52,257 bases of DNA, taken from positions 1 through 52,257 of the forward strand of contig JAQBRI010000001.1 in assembly GCA_028286585.1 (NCBI GenBank), written 5' to 3'. Position numbers and translations under genes: made by a program. The notes under the pieces were generated by a model. It did no database searches. It was not told the origin of the DNA and saw only the letters and a program-made list of their open reading frames with translations. Below, piece after piece: positions 38,149 to 48,246 of the stretch. Each line of letters starts with the position of its first letter. The first letter of the stretch is position 1. The DNA comes from Candidatus Kaiserbacteria bacterium. Lineage in GTDB: Bacteria; Patescibacteriota; Minisyncoccia; Phycocordibacterales; UBA2100.

Positions 38149-38169
38149 CCCCGGCAATCTTTGCCGGGG
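38149..38169. terminator. Hairpin between convergent genes; the T-tract is on the minus-strand (GNAT) side
   Basis: CCCCGGCAA-TCT-TTGCCGGGG. Read on the minus strand it is followed by TTTTAT. Confidence 0.6.
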
Positions 38170-38213
38170 CATACATGGTAGAGCTGTGTTTTAAGATGGA
38201 AGGAAAGTGGCAA

Positions 38214-38705
38214 TCAGAGTTGCTTCGTCAAAATGAAATGCAAACCGGCACTTGCATTGTCAAAGCATGACGACGCAACATTCCATCCGTTCCTCTTATA
38301 AAATGTTACTGCTGGCTCTCGTGCATTGCACCACATCAGTTTGACGTGGCCAAGACCAACACATTTGGGTAGATGCCACTCCACTTGTTTAAGGATTCGT
38401 GCGCCGACACCACAGTTGCGATGATTTTCTTCGACGGCCATGCCGCGCAGTTGCCATGCTGGCTCCCGGTTATAGGAATTTAACATGACTGTGACGCAGC
38501 CAATTGGTTCTCCAACGGCACACATGTCATCGTTGCTCTGAAACGCCGCATAGTGAAGCGTAACAGGGTTATCATCGCCGTTGAAATGTATATCTTCGGA
38601 AGGCGATTCTGCGCGAAGCAGTAGCCGTCGCAAATTGATAATACGCTCTGGCCGCACAATCCCTATAAATAGGGGAATCTCTGCACGCATATTATTGAGG
38701 GGCAT
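38214..38705 (-). CDS. GNAT-family N-acetyltransferase
   Basis: Motif A region WQLRGMAVEENHRNCGVGARIL, plus NAREPAVTFYKRNGW. Confidence 0.8.
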   Translation of the reverse strand: MPLNNMRAEIPLFIGIVRPERIINLRRLLLRAESPSEDIHFNGDDNPVTLHYAAFQSNDDMCAVGEPIGCVTVMLNSYNREPAWQLRGMAVEENHRNCGVGARILKQVEWHLPKCVGLGHVKLMWCNAREPAVTFYKRNGWNVASSCFDNASAGLHFILTKQL

Positions 38706-38838
38706 GTTCTATCCTCCATTTGTTTCTAAGGAATACTATGCCTGAGACACGATGCACTGTAAAGCTACGCAGGCTCCGTCCTTGACCACAGGTAGTAGAA
38801 GAGTACACTTTTCTTCAGTACAACCAGAGGAGAATCTG

Positions 38839-39228
38839 ATGCTTAAATATGTCATTGCCGTCACGTTACTTCTCTATAGCTCTGTCAATGGATTTACTGC
38901 GGAGTCACTCGAACGACATCGTGAATTCACGAATATAGTTTGCTTGACTCAAGTAAGCGCGGAGAAGTTCGGTGCAATAGTCGAGACAGATGTCTTAGAA
39001 GAAGACGCAGCCAACGACGACCCGACACCGGCAGAGTGCAAGAAGAGGACGTACGTAATTGTACGCAAAATAGAAATGCAGAAAATTGCGCGGCAAATTA
39101 GCACGATTTTTATATTCAAATTCGCTGCGCGGGGGAAAGATACACCCGATATTTGTTCCGCCGAACAAGACTGCATTTTATACTTTGTCTTCGTCGAAAT
39201 GAAGACACTGACACATATACGATATTAG
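38839..39228 (+). CDS. Small secreted hypothetical protein (129 aa from ATG 38839)
   Basis: RBS GAGGAG and signal peptide MLKYVIAVTLLLYSSVNGFTA. The upstream extension to 38752 in the ORF track is unlikely. Confidence 0.5.
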   Translation: MLKYVIAVTLLLYSSVNGFTAESLERHREFTNIVCLTQVSAEKFGAIVETDVLEEDAANDDPTPAECKKRTYVIVRKIEMQKIARQISTIFIFKFAARGKDTPDICSAEQDCILYFVFVEMKTLTHIRY

Positions 39229-39256
39229 ATTCATGATCCGGGTCTAATAAAAATGA

Positions 39257-39292
39257 ACCGCCCGAACTCAGTTGAGAACGGGCGGTTTTTTT
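39257..39292 (+). terminator. Intrinsic terminator
   Basis: ACCGCCCG (39257-39264) pairs with CGGGCGGT (39279-39286), followed by TTTTTT. Confidence 0.75.
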
Positions 39293-39448
39293 AAGTCATT
39301 ATCGTCAGTCTTATCTTGTGGCCTTTACAACCTATGGATATGTATGCAGAACAAATAATCCTTTGCGGAGGTACATATTGTCTATATACTTCAGGAGGTA
39401 CAAGTTCACACAGTTGTTCATTCACTCTAGAATAGTGAGGGTATCAAC

Positions 39449-40906
39449 ATGGACGCAATAGTTGCAAAGTCATCATCGACCCTAGTTCACAAGCCGTGTG
39501 CATTTAATCCCGTTAATGGTGCATCCAAGAGCTCGTGCACGTCGACGTCTCACGTCTATTCAAGAAATTCTCAAGGTTGTACACCTTCGGGATGCAAGTC
39601 TCCTTGGCGACTTTGCATTGTCTGCATTGGTCAAAGCGGGGAACCACATGTGGTCGTAGATCACAACAGCGGGCTGTGTGCCTTTCATAAGACGCATGGT
39701 AGTAACGTAGAGCGCCAAAAAGTAAAGGAGGAGAGTGTTTCTCTCGGCAGTGTTACAAAAAAAGCAGCACACACTGTAGAAAGAGTTCCGACAGCTCCTG
39801 CGCTGGCCAAAGCTCAATCAGTAGAAGCATATTCGACGATTCCCGAGAAGATGCTGCCTCCTGCGCCGGCATTGCACGTGGCCGCGGTGTCACAAGCTGT
39901 TGCCATAATCGAAAATCCCAAGCCAACTCTTCCTGTCGTTAAGACTAAGGAAGAAGGACGCGCTATTTTAGCGCGAATTAAAGTGGCCGTGAGTACGAGC
40001 GTTTACGAAATCGTTGATATCAAACGTATTCGGCCCATGCCCAATCAGCCGCGAAAATATTTTGATCCTGACGCGCTCGAGAGTCTTGCACAATCGATCA
40101 CTGAAGCGGGACAATTTACCCCTGGGTTTCTTAGGCGAGTACCCATAGACAAAAATGGATGTGACCTTGAATTGATAGATGGCGAGCGTCGCTGGCAAGC
40201 CATGTTGTCGGGGAATATCCCAACATTTCGCTCCATGATACTTGATATTGAAGACGGCGATATGCAGTTTGTTATTTCGGTCATCGCCAATTTCAATCGT
40301 GAGGGTCATACGACACTTGAGATCATCGATGCGGTGAAATCTATGCACGAAAATCTCAAGATTGGCTTTGTAGAAATTGGTGCAATCATTGGAAAACATC
40401 CAGTCTACACCAACAATCTGTATGGATTGTGTCGGTTGATTCCTGAGGTTCGCGCAATGCTCGATTCGAAGTCAGGAGACAAAAACTCAGACGACATGAA
40501 ATCGCGCGACAAGAATCGACAACTGGCCATCAATGTCGCCTTTGATATATCGCGAGTGCCAGCATCCGAACAATTGAATTTGGCACAGAAATATCTGAGG
40601 CGAGAATTAAATACACATTCGCTTCGTGAAGCGGTTGTGAATATTGCTGCTCGGCATGGTGTTCCTATCAAGGGGAGAATCGCACATCCAGCAGATCAAC
40701 GTCGAATGCTGTTGAGAAAAACGGATATAATCACTCAGCATGTTAGCGACTTAGAATCAAGATTTGGAACCACATCTCTGGGTGTTCTTGTTGGACTTTC
40801 GCACACAGAGCGATCGGCACTTCGGAATGAACTTGAGGCAGCGTCCTTAAAAATACAAAACTTGCTTCAAAAATTCGAAAGACGTCTTCTTCAGCCAGCT
40901 GATTGA
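39449..40906 (+). CDS. ParB/Spo0J-like (ParB N-terminal CTPase-fold + HTH) protein with a 185-aa Cys/His-rich and Pro/Ala-rich N-terminal extension
   Basis: IKRIRPMPNQPRKYFDPDALESLAQSITEAGQFTPGFL and LIDGERRWQA (GERRxxA box). The N-terminus carries 7 Cys and 6 His in 84 aa, including C56xxC59 and C77xxH80xxH83. RBS GTGAGGG upstream. Confidence 0.75.
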   Translation: MDAIVAKSSSTLVHKPCAFNPVNGASKSSCTSTSHVYSRNSQGCTPSGCKSPWRLCIVCIGQSGEPHVVVDHNSGLCAFHKTHGSNVERQKVKEESVSLGSVTKKAAHTVERVPTAPALAKAQSVEAYSTIPEKMLPPAPALHVAAVSQAVAIIENPKPTLPVVKTKEEGRAILARIKVAVSTSVYEIVDIKRIRPMPNQPRKYFDPDALESLAQSITEAGQFTPGFLRRVPIDKNGCDLELIDGERRWQAMLSGNIPTFRSMILDIEDGDMQFVISVIANFNREGHTTLEIIDAVKSMHENLKIGFVEIGAIIGKHPVYTNNLYGLCRLIPEVRAMLDSKSGDKNSDDMKSRDKNRQLAINVAFDISRVPASEQLNLAQKYLRRELNTHSLREAVVNIAARHGVPIKGRIAHPADQRRMLLRKTDIITQHVSDLESRFGTTSLGVLVGLSHTERSALRNELEAASLKIQNLLQKFERRLLQPAD

Positions 40907-40933
40907 AATGAACCTGTTTAATGTTTTAATACA

Positions 40934-40964
40934 AGACCGTCGGCGTTACCGGCGGTCTTTTTTA
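40934..40964 (+). terminator. Intrinsic terminator after the ParB-like gene
   Basis: AGACCGTCGG-CGTTA-CCGGCGGTCT (one G-T pair) followed by TTTTTT. Confidence 0.75.
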
Positions 40965-41018
40965 TTTCATTTTGAAAACACTAATTCTGTAATACAACCT
41001 TTATTTTTACAACTCAAA

Positions 41019-41789
41019 ATGCTACAATCGGCAACAATGGCATCATCGGCTATAGAAGTATCACTTTCATCAGGTGTCGTAGGACACCTCTTTGGCATAC
41101 CGATAACAAACACCCTCATTACGAGCTGGGTTTCTATCGCCGTACTCATTATCGGTGCAATCCTTTTGCGTAATCGACTCTCTTATATTCCAGGGCGATT
41201 TCAGATTTTGATTGAGGCAATCGTAACCTATATTCAAGATTTTATTCAGGAAACACTCGAGAGTGAAGTGTGGTCACGGCGCGCTTTTCCACTTCTCGCA
41301 ACCATTTTCCTTTTTATTGCCACTTCCAACCTTATTGAATTTACTCCGGGCATTGGATCAATAGTTGTAAATACTGGCGGCAAAATGGTACCGCTTTTAA
41401 GAAGTGTTAATACGGATCTTAATGTAACTCTCGCACTCGCGATCATTGTTGTGATTGCCATTGAAATATTTGGCATTGTTGGTTTGGGCTTCATCAAATA
41501 TGGCAGTAAGTTTTTTAACTTTTCATCGCCGCTCAACTTTGTTGTGGGACTTATCGAATTTATTAGTGAAATGTCACGATTTATTTCATTCTCATTCCGT
41601 CTCTTTGGAAACATATTCGCGGGCGAAGTATTGCTTGCGGTTATAGGATACTTTGCTCCCTATATTGTCCCGGTACCTGTTATGGCTTTTGAAACGTTTG
41701 TTGGAATCGTCCAAGCAGCTGTTTTTGCCCTCCTTACTTTGTTCTTCATTAAGCTAGCGATTACTGACATGCACGAGGTATCCCATTAA
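41019..41789 (+). CDS. atpB: F0F1 ATP synthase subunit a
   Basis: Multi-pass membrane protein with RLFGNIFAGEV (the essential Arg motif of subunit a). ATG 41019 or 41037 is the likely start, because the ORF-track start at 40908 would span the upstream terminator. Confidence 0.88.
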   Translation: MLQSATMASSAIEVSLSSGVVGHLFGIPITNTLITSWVSIAVLIIGAILLRNRLSYIPGRFQILIEAIVTYIQDFIQETLESEVWSRRAFPLLATIFLFIATSNLIEFTPGIGSIVVNTGGKMVPLLRSVNTDLNVTLALAIIVVIAIEIFGIVGLGFIKYGSKFFNFSSPLNFVVGLIEFISEMSRFISFSFRLFGNIFAGEVLLAVIGYFAPYIVPVPVMAFETFVGIVQAAVFALLTLFFIKLAITDMHEVSH

Positions 41790-42049
41790 AAACCTCAGAA
41801 ATTGGCGCATTTCCTCCTCCGCCACACTTGTAGCAATTGGCCAATGGCGCGGGGAATCTTTTGAAATAAAGAGCATAAGCTGAACGATGCATGGTTTTTG
41901 AAAGCCCCTCGGAAGGCGACGGCCTGAGAGGAGCAATTCGCGACCACGCGAATATGCGAGTTTTCAAAAATTATGCTGAGTAAGCAGTTTTGCGCATGAT
42001 CTCAGCAAGAGATTTTGAGTGGAATATCTGCCAACATATGCTACAATAA

Positions 42050-42307
<258 letters not shown>

Positions 42308-42322
42308 TACGGCTATTCTTGT

Positions 42323-42772
42323 ATGCAACAATTGTTCATGGCTTTTGGTCTCGACTGGCGCCTTTTGATAATTCAAATGGTGAACTTTGGAGTGCTCTTA
42401 GCGGCACTCTCATACTTTTTGTATGCACCAGTGACCAAAATCATTGACGAACGTCGCAAGAAGATCAGCGAGGGAATGCATGCATTCGAGGCGTCACAGC
42501 AGCGACTGCTCGATGCACAAACCGAGAGTGAGGGAATTGTCGGAAGTGCCGCGCGTGAGGCAGAATCAATGGTTGCCGGCGCTCGTGCACGTGCAGAAGC
42601 AAAAGGCGCAGAGATTGTAAAAGCTGCCGAAGAAAAAGCACAGGCAACACTCAAGGAAAATGCAATGCGAGCCGAAGAGGATCGTCGTCGTATTTTGCGA
42701 GAGGGTGAGAAGGAGATTGCGCACGCTGCAATGCTTGCAGCAGAAACTATTCTCCGCCAAAAAAAGGCATAA
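42323..42772 (+). CDS. atpF: F0F1 ATP synthase subunit b
   Basis: N-terminal TM helix followed by a long charged helix (YAPVTKIIDERRKKI...). Operon position fits. Confidence 0.85.
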   Translation: MQQLFMAFGLDWRLLIIQMVNFGVLLAALSYFLYAPVTKIIDERRKKISEGMHAFEASQQRLLDAQTESEGIVGSAAREAESMVAGARARAEAKGAEIVKAAEEKAQATLKENAMRAEEDRRRILREGEKEIAHAAMLAAETILRQKKA

Positions 42773-42775
42773 GGT

Positions 42776-43147
42776 ATGGAAAATGCGTATGCTCAGGTTA
42801 TTTGGAGATTAGTTGCAGGTGGCAACACCGCACACGCCGCTATTACCAAAGTAGAAGAGCATCTCAAGCAGACTGGCCGCCTCGGACTCTTGCCACGAGT
42901 CATGCATTCACTTGCTCGCATCGCCCAATCGCAAGCATCGCGCTCGAGTAGTATCGTTGTTGCAAAAAAAGAAGATGCAGCGCACGCAGCTCACGAAGCA
43001 GGAAATACACACGCCATTCAAGATCAGTTACAAACACGAGTCGACCCATCGCTCATAGGAGGCTGGCGACTCGAAACACCCGAATTACTTATTGATACCA
43101 GTTACAAAAAAGCTTTATTAGAAATCTATCGCAAGGCAACTTCATAA
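42776..43147 (+). CDS. atpH: F0F1 ATP synthase subunit delta (short, 123 aa)
   Basis: C-terminal OSCP-like DPSLIGGWRLE...LIDTSYKKAL. Lies between atpF and atpA. Confidence 0.7.
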   Translation: MENAYAQVIWRLVAGGNTAHAAITKVEEHLKQTGRLGLLPRVMHSLARIAQSQASRSSSIVVAKKEDAAHAAHEAGNTHAIQDQLQTRVDPSLIGGWRLETPELLIDTSYKKALLEIYRKATS

Positions 43148-43153
43148 TCCCGT

Positions 43154-44725
43154 ATGTCAGATCACACTTTTGTCGAAAAAATAATCAAAGAAATAGAAGG
43201 CTATAAGCCTACGCACACCGCGGCCAATATAGGGCACGTAATTTCAGTGGGCGATGGAGTCGTTGCTCTCGACGGACTTTCACAGTCAGTCATGGGTGAG
43301 ATTTTGACGTTTGATGAAGATGCCCACAAGGATCTCGATACCGCTCTGCGAGCCGAGACTTCTTTGTATGCACTTGTACTTAACCTCGAAGAAGATGGTG
43401 TAAAAGCCGTTATTTTGGGAGACAGTGCACGTGTCCGCGAAGGCATGATCGTCAAATCGACCGGCACCATTCTTTCTGTTCCTGCGAGTGAGGAGTTGCT
43501 TGGACGCGTGGTAAACGCTCTTGGCGAACCAATCGACGGCAAAGGTGCAGTCAAAAACACTACCATGATGCCAATCGAGCGTATCGCAAGTGGTGTTATC
43601 GACCGAAAGTCAGTTTCTACTCCGCTTCAAACCGGCATCAAGGCAATTGACGCCATGATCCCAATTGGTCGTGGTCAACGCGAACTCATCATCGGAGACC
43701 GATCAACCGGCAAAACAACTATTGCGATAGATACCATCATCAACCAAAAGTCAGAACCGGCGGAAACTCGTCCAATATGTGTCTATGTTGCGATTGGCCA
43801 AAAAGAGTCGAAGACAGCACGTATTGTGCAGCAACTTCGAGAGGCGGGAGCACTTGAGTACACAATCGTTGTTGATGCTGCGGCATCGAGTCCTGCAGCT
43901 TTGCAATTTCTTGCACCATTTTCTGGCGTTGCTATTGCAGAATATTTTATGGACAAAGGACGCGACGTCCTCATCATTTATGACGATCTCTCAAAGCAGG
44001 CAGTTGCGTATCGTCAGCTTTCACTCTTGCTCCGACGTCCGCCAGGACGCGAAGCATATCCGGGAGATATCTTTTATCTACACTCACGACTTCTCGAACG
44101 CGCTTGTCGATTGTCTGACGAAAAAGGCGGAGGTTCAATTACCGCACTTCCAATTATCGAAACACTCGAAGGTGACATCTCAGCATACATTCCAACCAAC
44201 GTGATTTCGATTACCGACGGTCAGATATTCCTTATGTCAGATTTGTTCAATAAAGGCATTCGCCCTGCAATTGATGTGGGTAACTCCGTCTCTCGCGTCG
44301 GCTCATCAGCGCAAACAAAGGCGATGAAAGGTGTCGCTGGAGGTATCAAACTTGAGCTCGCGCAATTCCGAGAACTCGAAGCGTTTATGCAGTTCGCACA
44401 AGACTTGGACAAGGCAACTGCGGACCGTATCGCGACTGGTCAGCGCATGGTTGAGGTACTCAAGCAGCGCAACGGTAATCCACTCTCTATTGAAAAGCAG
44501 GTTGCAGTACTCTATGCCGCAGGCAAAGTATTCTTTAAGGATGTTGCACTAAGTCGTGTGACAGAAGCCGAAGGACGTTTCTTGGAATATCTCGATGCAG
44601 AACACTCCGACATGCTCGCTACAATCAAAAAGACAGCACAGCTCAACGACGAAAGTAAAGAATCTCTTGGTCGCGCAATGGAACAATTCCGCATGGCGCA
44701 TGGAGATTTGTTCGAAGGAAAATAG
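43154..44725 (+). CDS. atpA: F0F1 ATP synthase subunit alpha
   Basis: Alpha-type P-loop [43 protein letters not shown]. Confidence 0.95.
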   Translation: MSDHTFVEKIIKEIEGYKPTHTAANIGHVISVGDGVVALDGLSQSVMGEILTFDEDAHKDLDTALRAETSLYALVLNLEEDGVKAVILGDSARVREGMIVKSTGTILSVPASEELLGRVVNALGEPIDGKGAVKNTTMMPIERIASGVIDRKSVSTPLQTGIKAIDAMIPIGRGQRELIIGDRSTGKTTIAIDTIINQKSEPAETRPICVYVAIGQKESKTARIVQQLREAGALEYTIVVDAAASSPAALQFLAPFSGVAIAEYFMDKGRDVLIIYDDLSKQAVAYRQLSLLLRRPPGREAYPGDIFYLHSRLLERACRLSDEKGGGSITALPIIETLEGDISAYIPTNVISITDGQIFLMSDLFNKGIRPAIDVGNSVSRVGSSAQTKAMKGVAGGIKLELAQFRELEAFMQFAQDLDKATADRIATGQRMVEVLKQRNGNPLSIEKQVAVLYAAGKVFFKDVALSRVTEAEGRFLEYLDAEHSDMLATIKKTAQLNDESKESLGRAMEQFRMAHGDLFEGK

Positions 44726-44734
44726 CACCCAATT

Positions 44735-45652
44735 ATGGCATCGCTTAAGAACATAAAGACCAAGATCCTGTCCTACAAGAAAACAGGAACCGTGACCCAT
44801 GCCATGGAAGCCGTTTCTGCGGTCAAAATGCGCAAGGCTCAAGAGCGTGCGCTCGGAACTCGTACCTATGCTGCTTCTGCACTTACGGTATTGGAGCGAC
44901 TCTCAAAAACAATCGATCTCTCAAAGCATCCACTTTTAAACGTTCGTGAAGGCAAACTCTGCATCATTGTTATAACAAGTGACAAGGGATTGGCCGGTGC
45001 GTTGAACAGTGGAGTTATTAAGCGTGCAGAAGAACAAATTCGTACAAGCGGATACGCTATTGAAAATGTAGTGATTGTTGCTATTGGCCGCCGTGGTGCA
45101 GAATATTTTGCGTCGCGCGGATACGATGTTCGTATTCGACGTGATAACTTGGGCGACGATGTTCTCGAAAATGATATTCATATTGTTGTGAGTGCAGTAT
45201 TGGGTTTTCATGCAGCAGGCGAGATAAGTACCTGTGTCGTTGCGTATACAAATTTTGTTTCGACTTTCGAGCAAGAGCCGGTTGTGCGACAACTGGTACC
45301 AATTACAGAAGAGGTAATCGCGAGCATGGTCAAAGGTATTCGACCTGCAAAAGGTAAATATGCTCCACAAGTTGAGGCTGTAAAACACACTAATATTTCT
45401 TACACAATCGAACCAAGCGCTGACGCTGTTTTTGCGATATTGCTTCCGCGACTTCTTTCGATTGCGGTATTTCATGCAACACTTGAATCAAAGGCATCAG
45501 AGCACAGTGCCCGCATGGTCGCCATGAAGTCGGCAACCGATAAGGCAAAAGACATGACCAAGAGTTTGACGAGAATTTTTAACAAAGTTCGTCAGGCAGC
45601 AATTACTCGCGAGGTTTCAGAAATTACCAGTGGAATGGAAGCAATGAAATAG
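44735..45652 (+). CDS. atpG: F0F1 ATP synthase subunit gamma
   Basis: MASLKNIKTKILSYKKTGTVTHAMEAVSAVKMRKAQ...SARMVAMKSATDKA...RQAAITREVSEI. Confidence 0.92.
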   Translation: MASLKNIKTKILSYKKTGTVTHAMEAVSAVKMRKAQERALGTRTYAASALTVLERLSKTIDLSKHPLLNVREGKLCIIVITSDKGLAGALNSGVIKRAEEQIRTSGYAIENVVIVAIGRRGAEYFASRGYDVRIRRDNLGDDVLENDIHIVVSAVLGFHAAGEISTCVVAYTNFVSTFEQEPVVRQLVPITEEVIASMVKGIRPAKGKYAPQVEAVKHTNISYTIEPSADAVFAILLPRLLSIAVFHATLESKASEHSARMVAMKSATDKAKDMTKSLTRIFNKVRQAAITREVSEITSGMEAMK

Positions 45653-45792
45653 TATGATTTACAAAATTGGCTCATTTCGTTGTCGCGCTTCAAAAAATAT
45701 CCTTCAACATACGTATAGTATGCCTCAGAATATTTTTTTCTCGCTCCTAGAACTAAGCTCAATTTTATAAATTATAAAATACTAGAAACAAT

Positions 45793-47016
45793 ATGCACTA
45801 CACACCATCACAAAAAATATTGGAACGATACGCAAATGTACTAGTCAACTTTGCGCTCAATAGCGGCAAGGGAATCAAAAAGGGTGACGTCGTGCGCGTA
45901 ACAGCAAGTGAAATCGCAAAGCCGTTGTATCGCGAGCTGCAGATAGCAATTCTCAAAGCCGGTGGCCACATGGTTGGGAATTTTCAACCAAATGATACGC
46001 TCGAAATCAACATGAGCCGAGATTATTACAATCATGCGAAGCCTGATCAGCTAGACTTTTTCCCGCGTAAATTACTCAAGGGAATGATTGAGGATGTTGA
46101 TCATACTATTTATATTATTTCAGAAACTGATCCGCAGGCACTTAAGGGAGTCGATCCAAAAAAGATGATGCGAAAAGGTATGGCCATGAAGCCGTTTATG
46201 GATTGGCGAAACGAAAAGGAGAACAAGGGCAAGTTTACCTGGACTATCGCGCTCTATGGTACGCCGGCGATGGCGCACGAAGCAAGTCTTACAGACGAGG
46301 AGTACTGGACCCAAATAATTCGTGCATGTTTCTTGGATGAGCTTGATCCGATCAAAAAATGGAAACAGGTCTATAAGCAGCTCGATGTGTATCTCAAAAA
46401 AATAAACACGCTCTCGCCACAAATCGATACATTGCACGTAGAGGGTGACGATGCTGATTTGCACATCAAGCTTGGTGAAAAGCGTAAATGGCTTGGTGGA
46501 AGCGGCCGCAACATTCCAAGTTTTGAAATATTTACTTCTCCTGATTGCCGCGGTACCAATGGATGGATTCGATTTAACCAGCCATTGTATCGATATGGTA
46601 ACAAGATCGAGGGAATTGAAATTGAATTTAAAAATGGAAAAGTAGTCAAAAGTTCAGCAGCGCACAACGAACCAGTACTCAAACAGATGATAGCAACGGA
46701 AGGCGCAAACATGGTCGGCGAATTTTCTCTGACCGACAAACGTTTTTCTCGCATAACTAAATTTATGGCAGACACACTCTTTGACGAAAATATGGGAGGC
46801 CCACAGGGTAATACGCACATTGCGCTTGGGAGGTCATACACCGACTGCTATTCGGGCAATGTAGCAAAACTTACGAAGGCTGGTGCTGCAAAACTAGGAT
46901 ATAACGATTCATCGGTACATACCGACATAGTCTCAACAACAGAGCGTACTGTTACCGCTCACTTAAAAAACGGCACCACAAAAGTCATCTATAAAAACGG
47001 CGAATTCGTGCTTTAA
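45793..47016 (+). CDS. Aminopeptidase, M29 (AmpS/PepS-like) family
   Basis: N-terminal LERYANVLVNFALNSGKGIKKGDVV and C-terminal NTHIALG...HTDIV, typical of M29 enzymes. Confidence 0.7.
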   Translation: MHYTPSQKILERYANVLVNFALNSGKGIKKGDVVRVTASEIAKPLYRELQIAILKAGGHMVGNFQPNDTLEINMSRDYYNHAKPDQLDFFPRKLLKGMIEDVDHTIYIISETDPQALKGVDPKKMMRKGMAMKPFMDWRNEKENKGKFTWTIALYGTPAMAHEASLTDEEYWTQIIRACFLDELDPIKKWKQVYKQLDVYLKKINTLSPQIDTLHVEGDDADLHIKLGEKRKWLGGSGRNIPSFEIFTSPDCRGTNGWIRFNQPLYRYGNKIEGIEIEFKNGKVVKSSAAHNEPVLKQMIATEGANMVGEFSLTDKRFSRITKFMADTLFDENMGGPQGNTHIALGRSYTDCYSGNVAKLTKAGAAKLGYNDSSVHTDIVSTTERTVTAHLKNGTTKVIYKNGEFVL

Positions 47017-47024
47017 TTGTAGGT

Positions 47025-47672
47025 ATGAAAACCATTTATCTCGTACGGCATGGTGAGAGTGTTTTTAATGCAGGAACTCACTTTGAAAAGAAAGAAGCCC
47101 CACTTACCGCAAAAGGAAAACTTCAGGTACAAGCCACAGCCAAGCGTCTTAATGCGATGACACCACAAGTAATCATTGCAAGCCCACTTGCACGCACTAA
47201 AGAAACAGCCGAAGCGATAGCAAAGGAAACAGGTGCAGCAATCGAATACACACCACTCTTTGCTGAGCGCGCATTTCCGCAAGAAATCCTCGGCTTAAAA
47301 CGCGACGAAGAATCCGCAATGCGCATCGAAGATCAATGGACGCGGTCACTCGACGGCCGTGCCGAATGGGATGGTGCGGGGGATACTTTTGAAATGTTAC
47401 GTGACAGAGCAGATGATGCGATTGAATACCTTGAAACGCGACCCGAGGAAACTATTGTACTTGTAACACATGGATATTTTATGCGTATACTACTTGCCCG
47501 AGTATTATTTGGTGCAAAAATGACCCGCGAACAGTTCGCGCCTTTCGCGTGGGGATTGCGGGTTGGAAATGCAAGTATAAGTAAACTCGTCTACGACATC
47601 GAAGATGATTCGCACTGGTCTTTGTGGCATCTCGAGTTTTGGTCCGATTGCTCCCACTTAGAAAATATTTAG
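47025..47672 (+). CDS. Histidine phosphatase family protein (canonical RHGES)
   Basis: IYLVRHGESVFN, LTAKGKLQ, SPLARTKETA, LVTHGYFMR. Confidence 0.82.
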   Translation: MKTIYLVRHGESVFNAGTHFEKKEAPLTAKGKLQVQATAKRLNAMTPQVIIASPLARTKETAEAIAKETGAAIEYTPLFAERAFPQEILGLKRDEESAMRIEDQWTRSLDGRAEWDGAGDTFEMLRDRADDAIEYLETRPEETIVLVTHGYFMRILLARVLFGAKMTREQFAPFAWGLRVGNASISKLVYDIEDDSHWSLWHLEFWSDCSHLENI

Positions 47673-47696
47673 TAATTCTGATATACTAAAAAACAT

Positions 47697-48242
47697 ATGA
47701 ATCTTTCAAATACTGAGAACAGAAATACTATCAAATACGCAATTACCTGGGGAGGAGTCTTTCTTTTTAGACTTATTTTGCTGCCTTGGCGTATGCCCAA
47801 CGTGGAACCGCTTATGGCCGCGGTCATGCCAACTTCTTCGCGCATGAGTGTGCTCCAGTCATTTTTGTTTGCAGCAAGCAGTATTGCTGTATATGACGCA
47901 GTAACATCCGGCTGGGGAGTTTGGACTGCTATTACTGCGGCTCTTTATGGCGCGACTGCGATAGGTGCGCACTTTTATTTCAAAAAGTTTGCATCGAATC
48001 GGCGTCACTTTTTAACATACGGCATTATTGCAACGCTTGCCTATGACGCACTCACAGGTTTTACGATTGGTCCGATATTTTGGGGACAAACGCTCTCGTC
48101 TGCAATCATAGGACAAATTCCATTTACCCTTATGCATCTCGCAGGTACGATACTTTTTGCTTTGGTACTTTCGCCGCTTCTTGCACGATGGTATGCGCGT
48201 GAGGCCGCACCTGCAGCAATTGCCGTCGCACAACATATATAA
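47697..48242 (+). CDS. Multi-pass membrane protein, function unknown
   Basis: Five to six hydrophobic helices in an intact 181-aa ORF. No motif I can name with confidence. Confidence 0.5.
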   Translation: MNLSNTENRNTIKYAITWGGVFLFRLILLPWRMPNVEPLMAAVMPTSSRMSVLQSFLFAASSIAVYDAVTSGWGVWTAITAALYGATAIGAHFYFKKFASNRRHFLTYGIIATLAYDALTGFTIGPIFWGQTLSSAIIGQIPFTLMHLAGTILFALVLSPLLARWYAREAAPAAIAVAQHI

Positions 48243-48246
48243 ACAT

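Noticed and set aside
38214-39228. GNAT plus adjacent small ORF as a GNAT-toxin/antitoxin pair
   Set aside because: The small ORF is divergently transcribed and carries a signal peptide rather than an RHH or DUF1778-type DNA-binding fold. The GNAT looks like an ordinary stand-alone acetyltransferase.
41900-41935. SRP RNA or RNase P RNA in the atpB-atpE spacer (CUCGGAAGGCGACGGCC resembles the GGAAGGAAGCAGCC of SRP helix 8; GAAAGCCC resembles RNase P P4)
   Set aside because: The resemblance is limited to a few nucleotides. The expected closing helices and conserved loops (AGCA, or GAGGAAAGUCC plus CGGCUUA in the correct order) are not present, and the region is too short for RNase P. It is kept only as an unclassified structured spacer.
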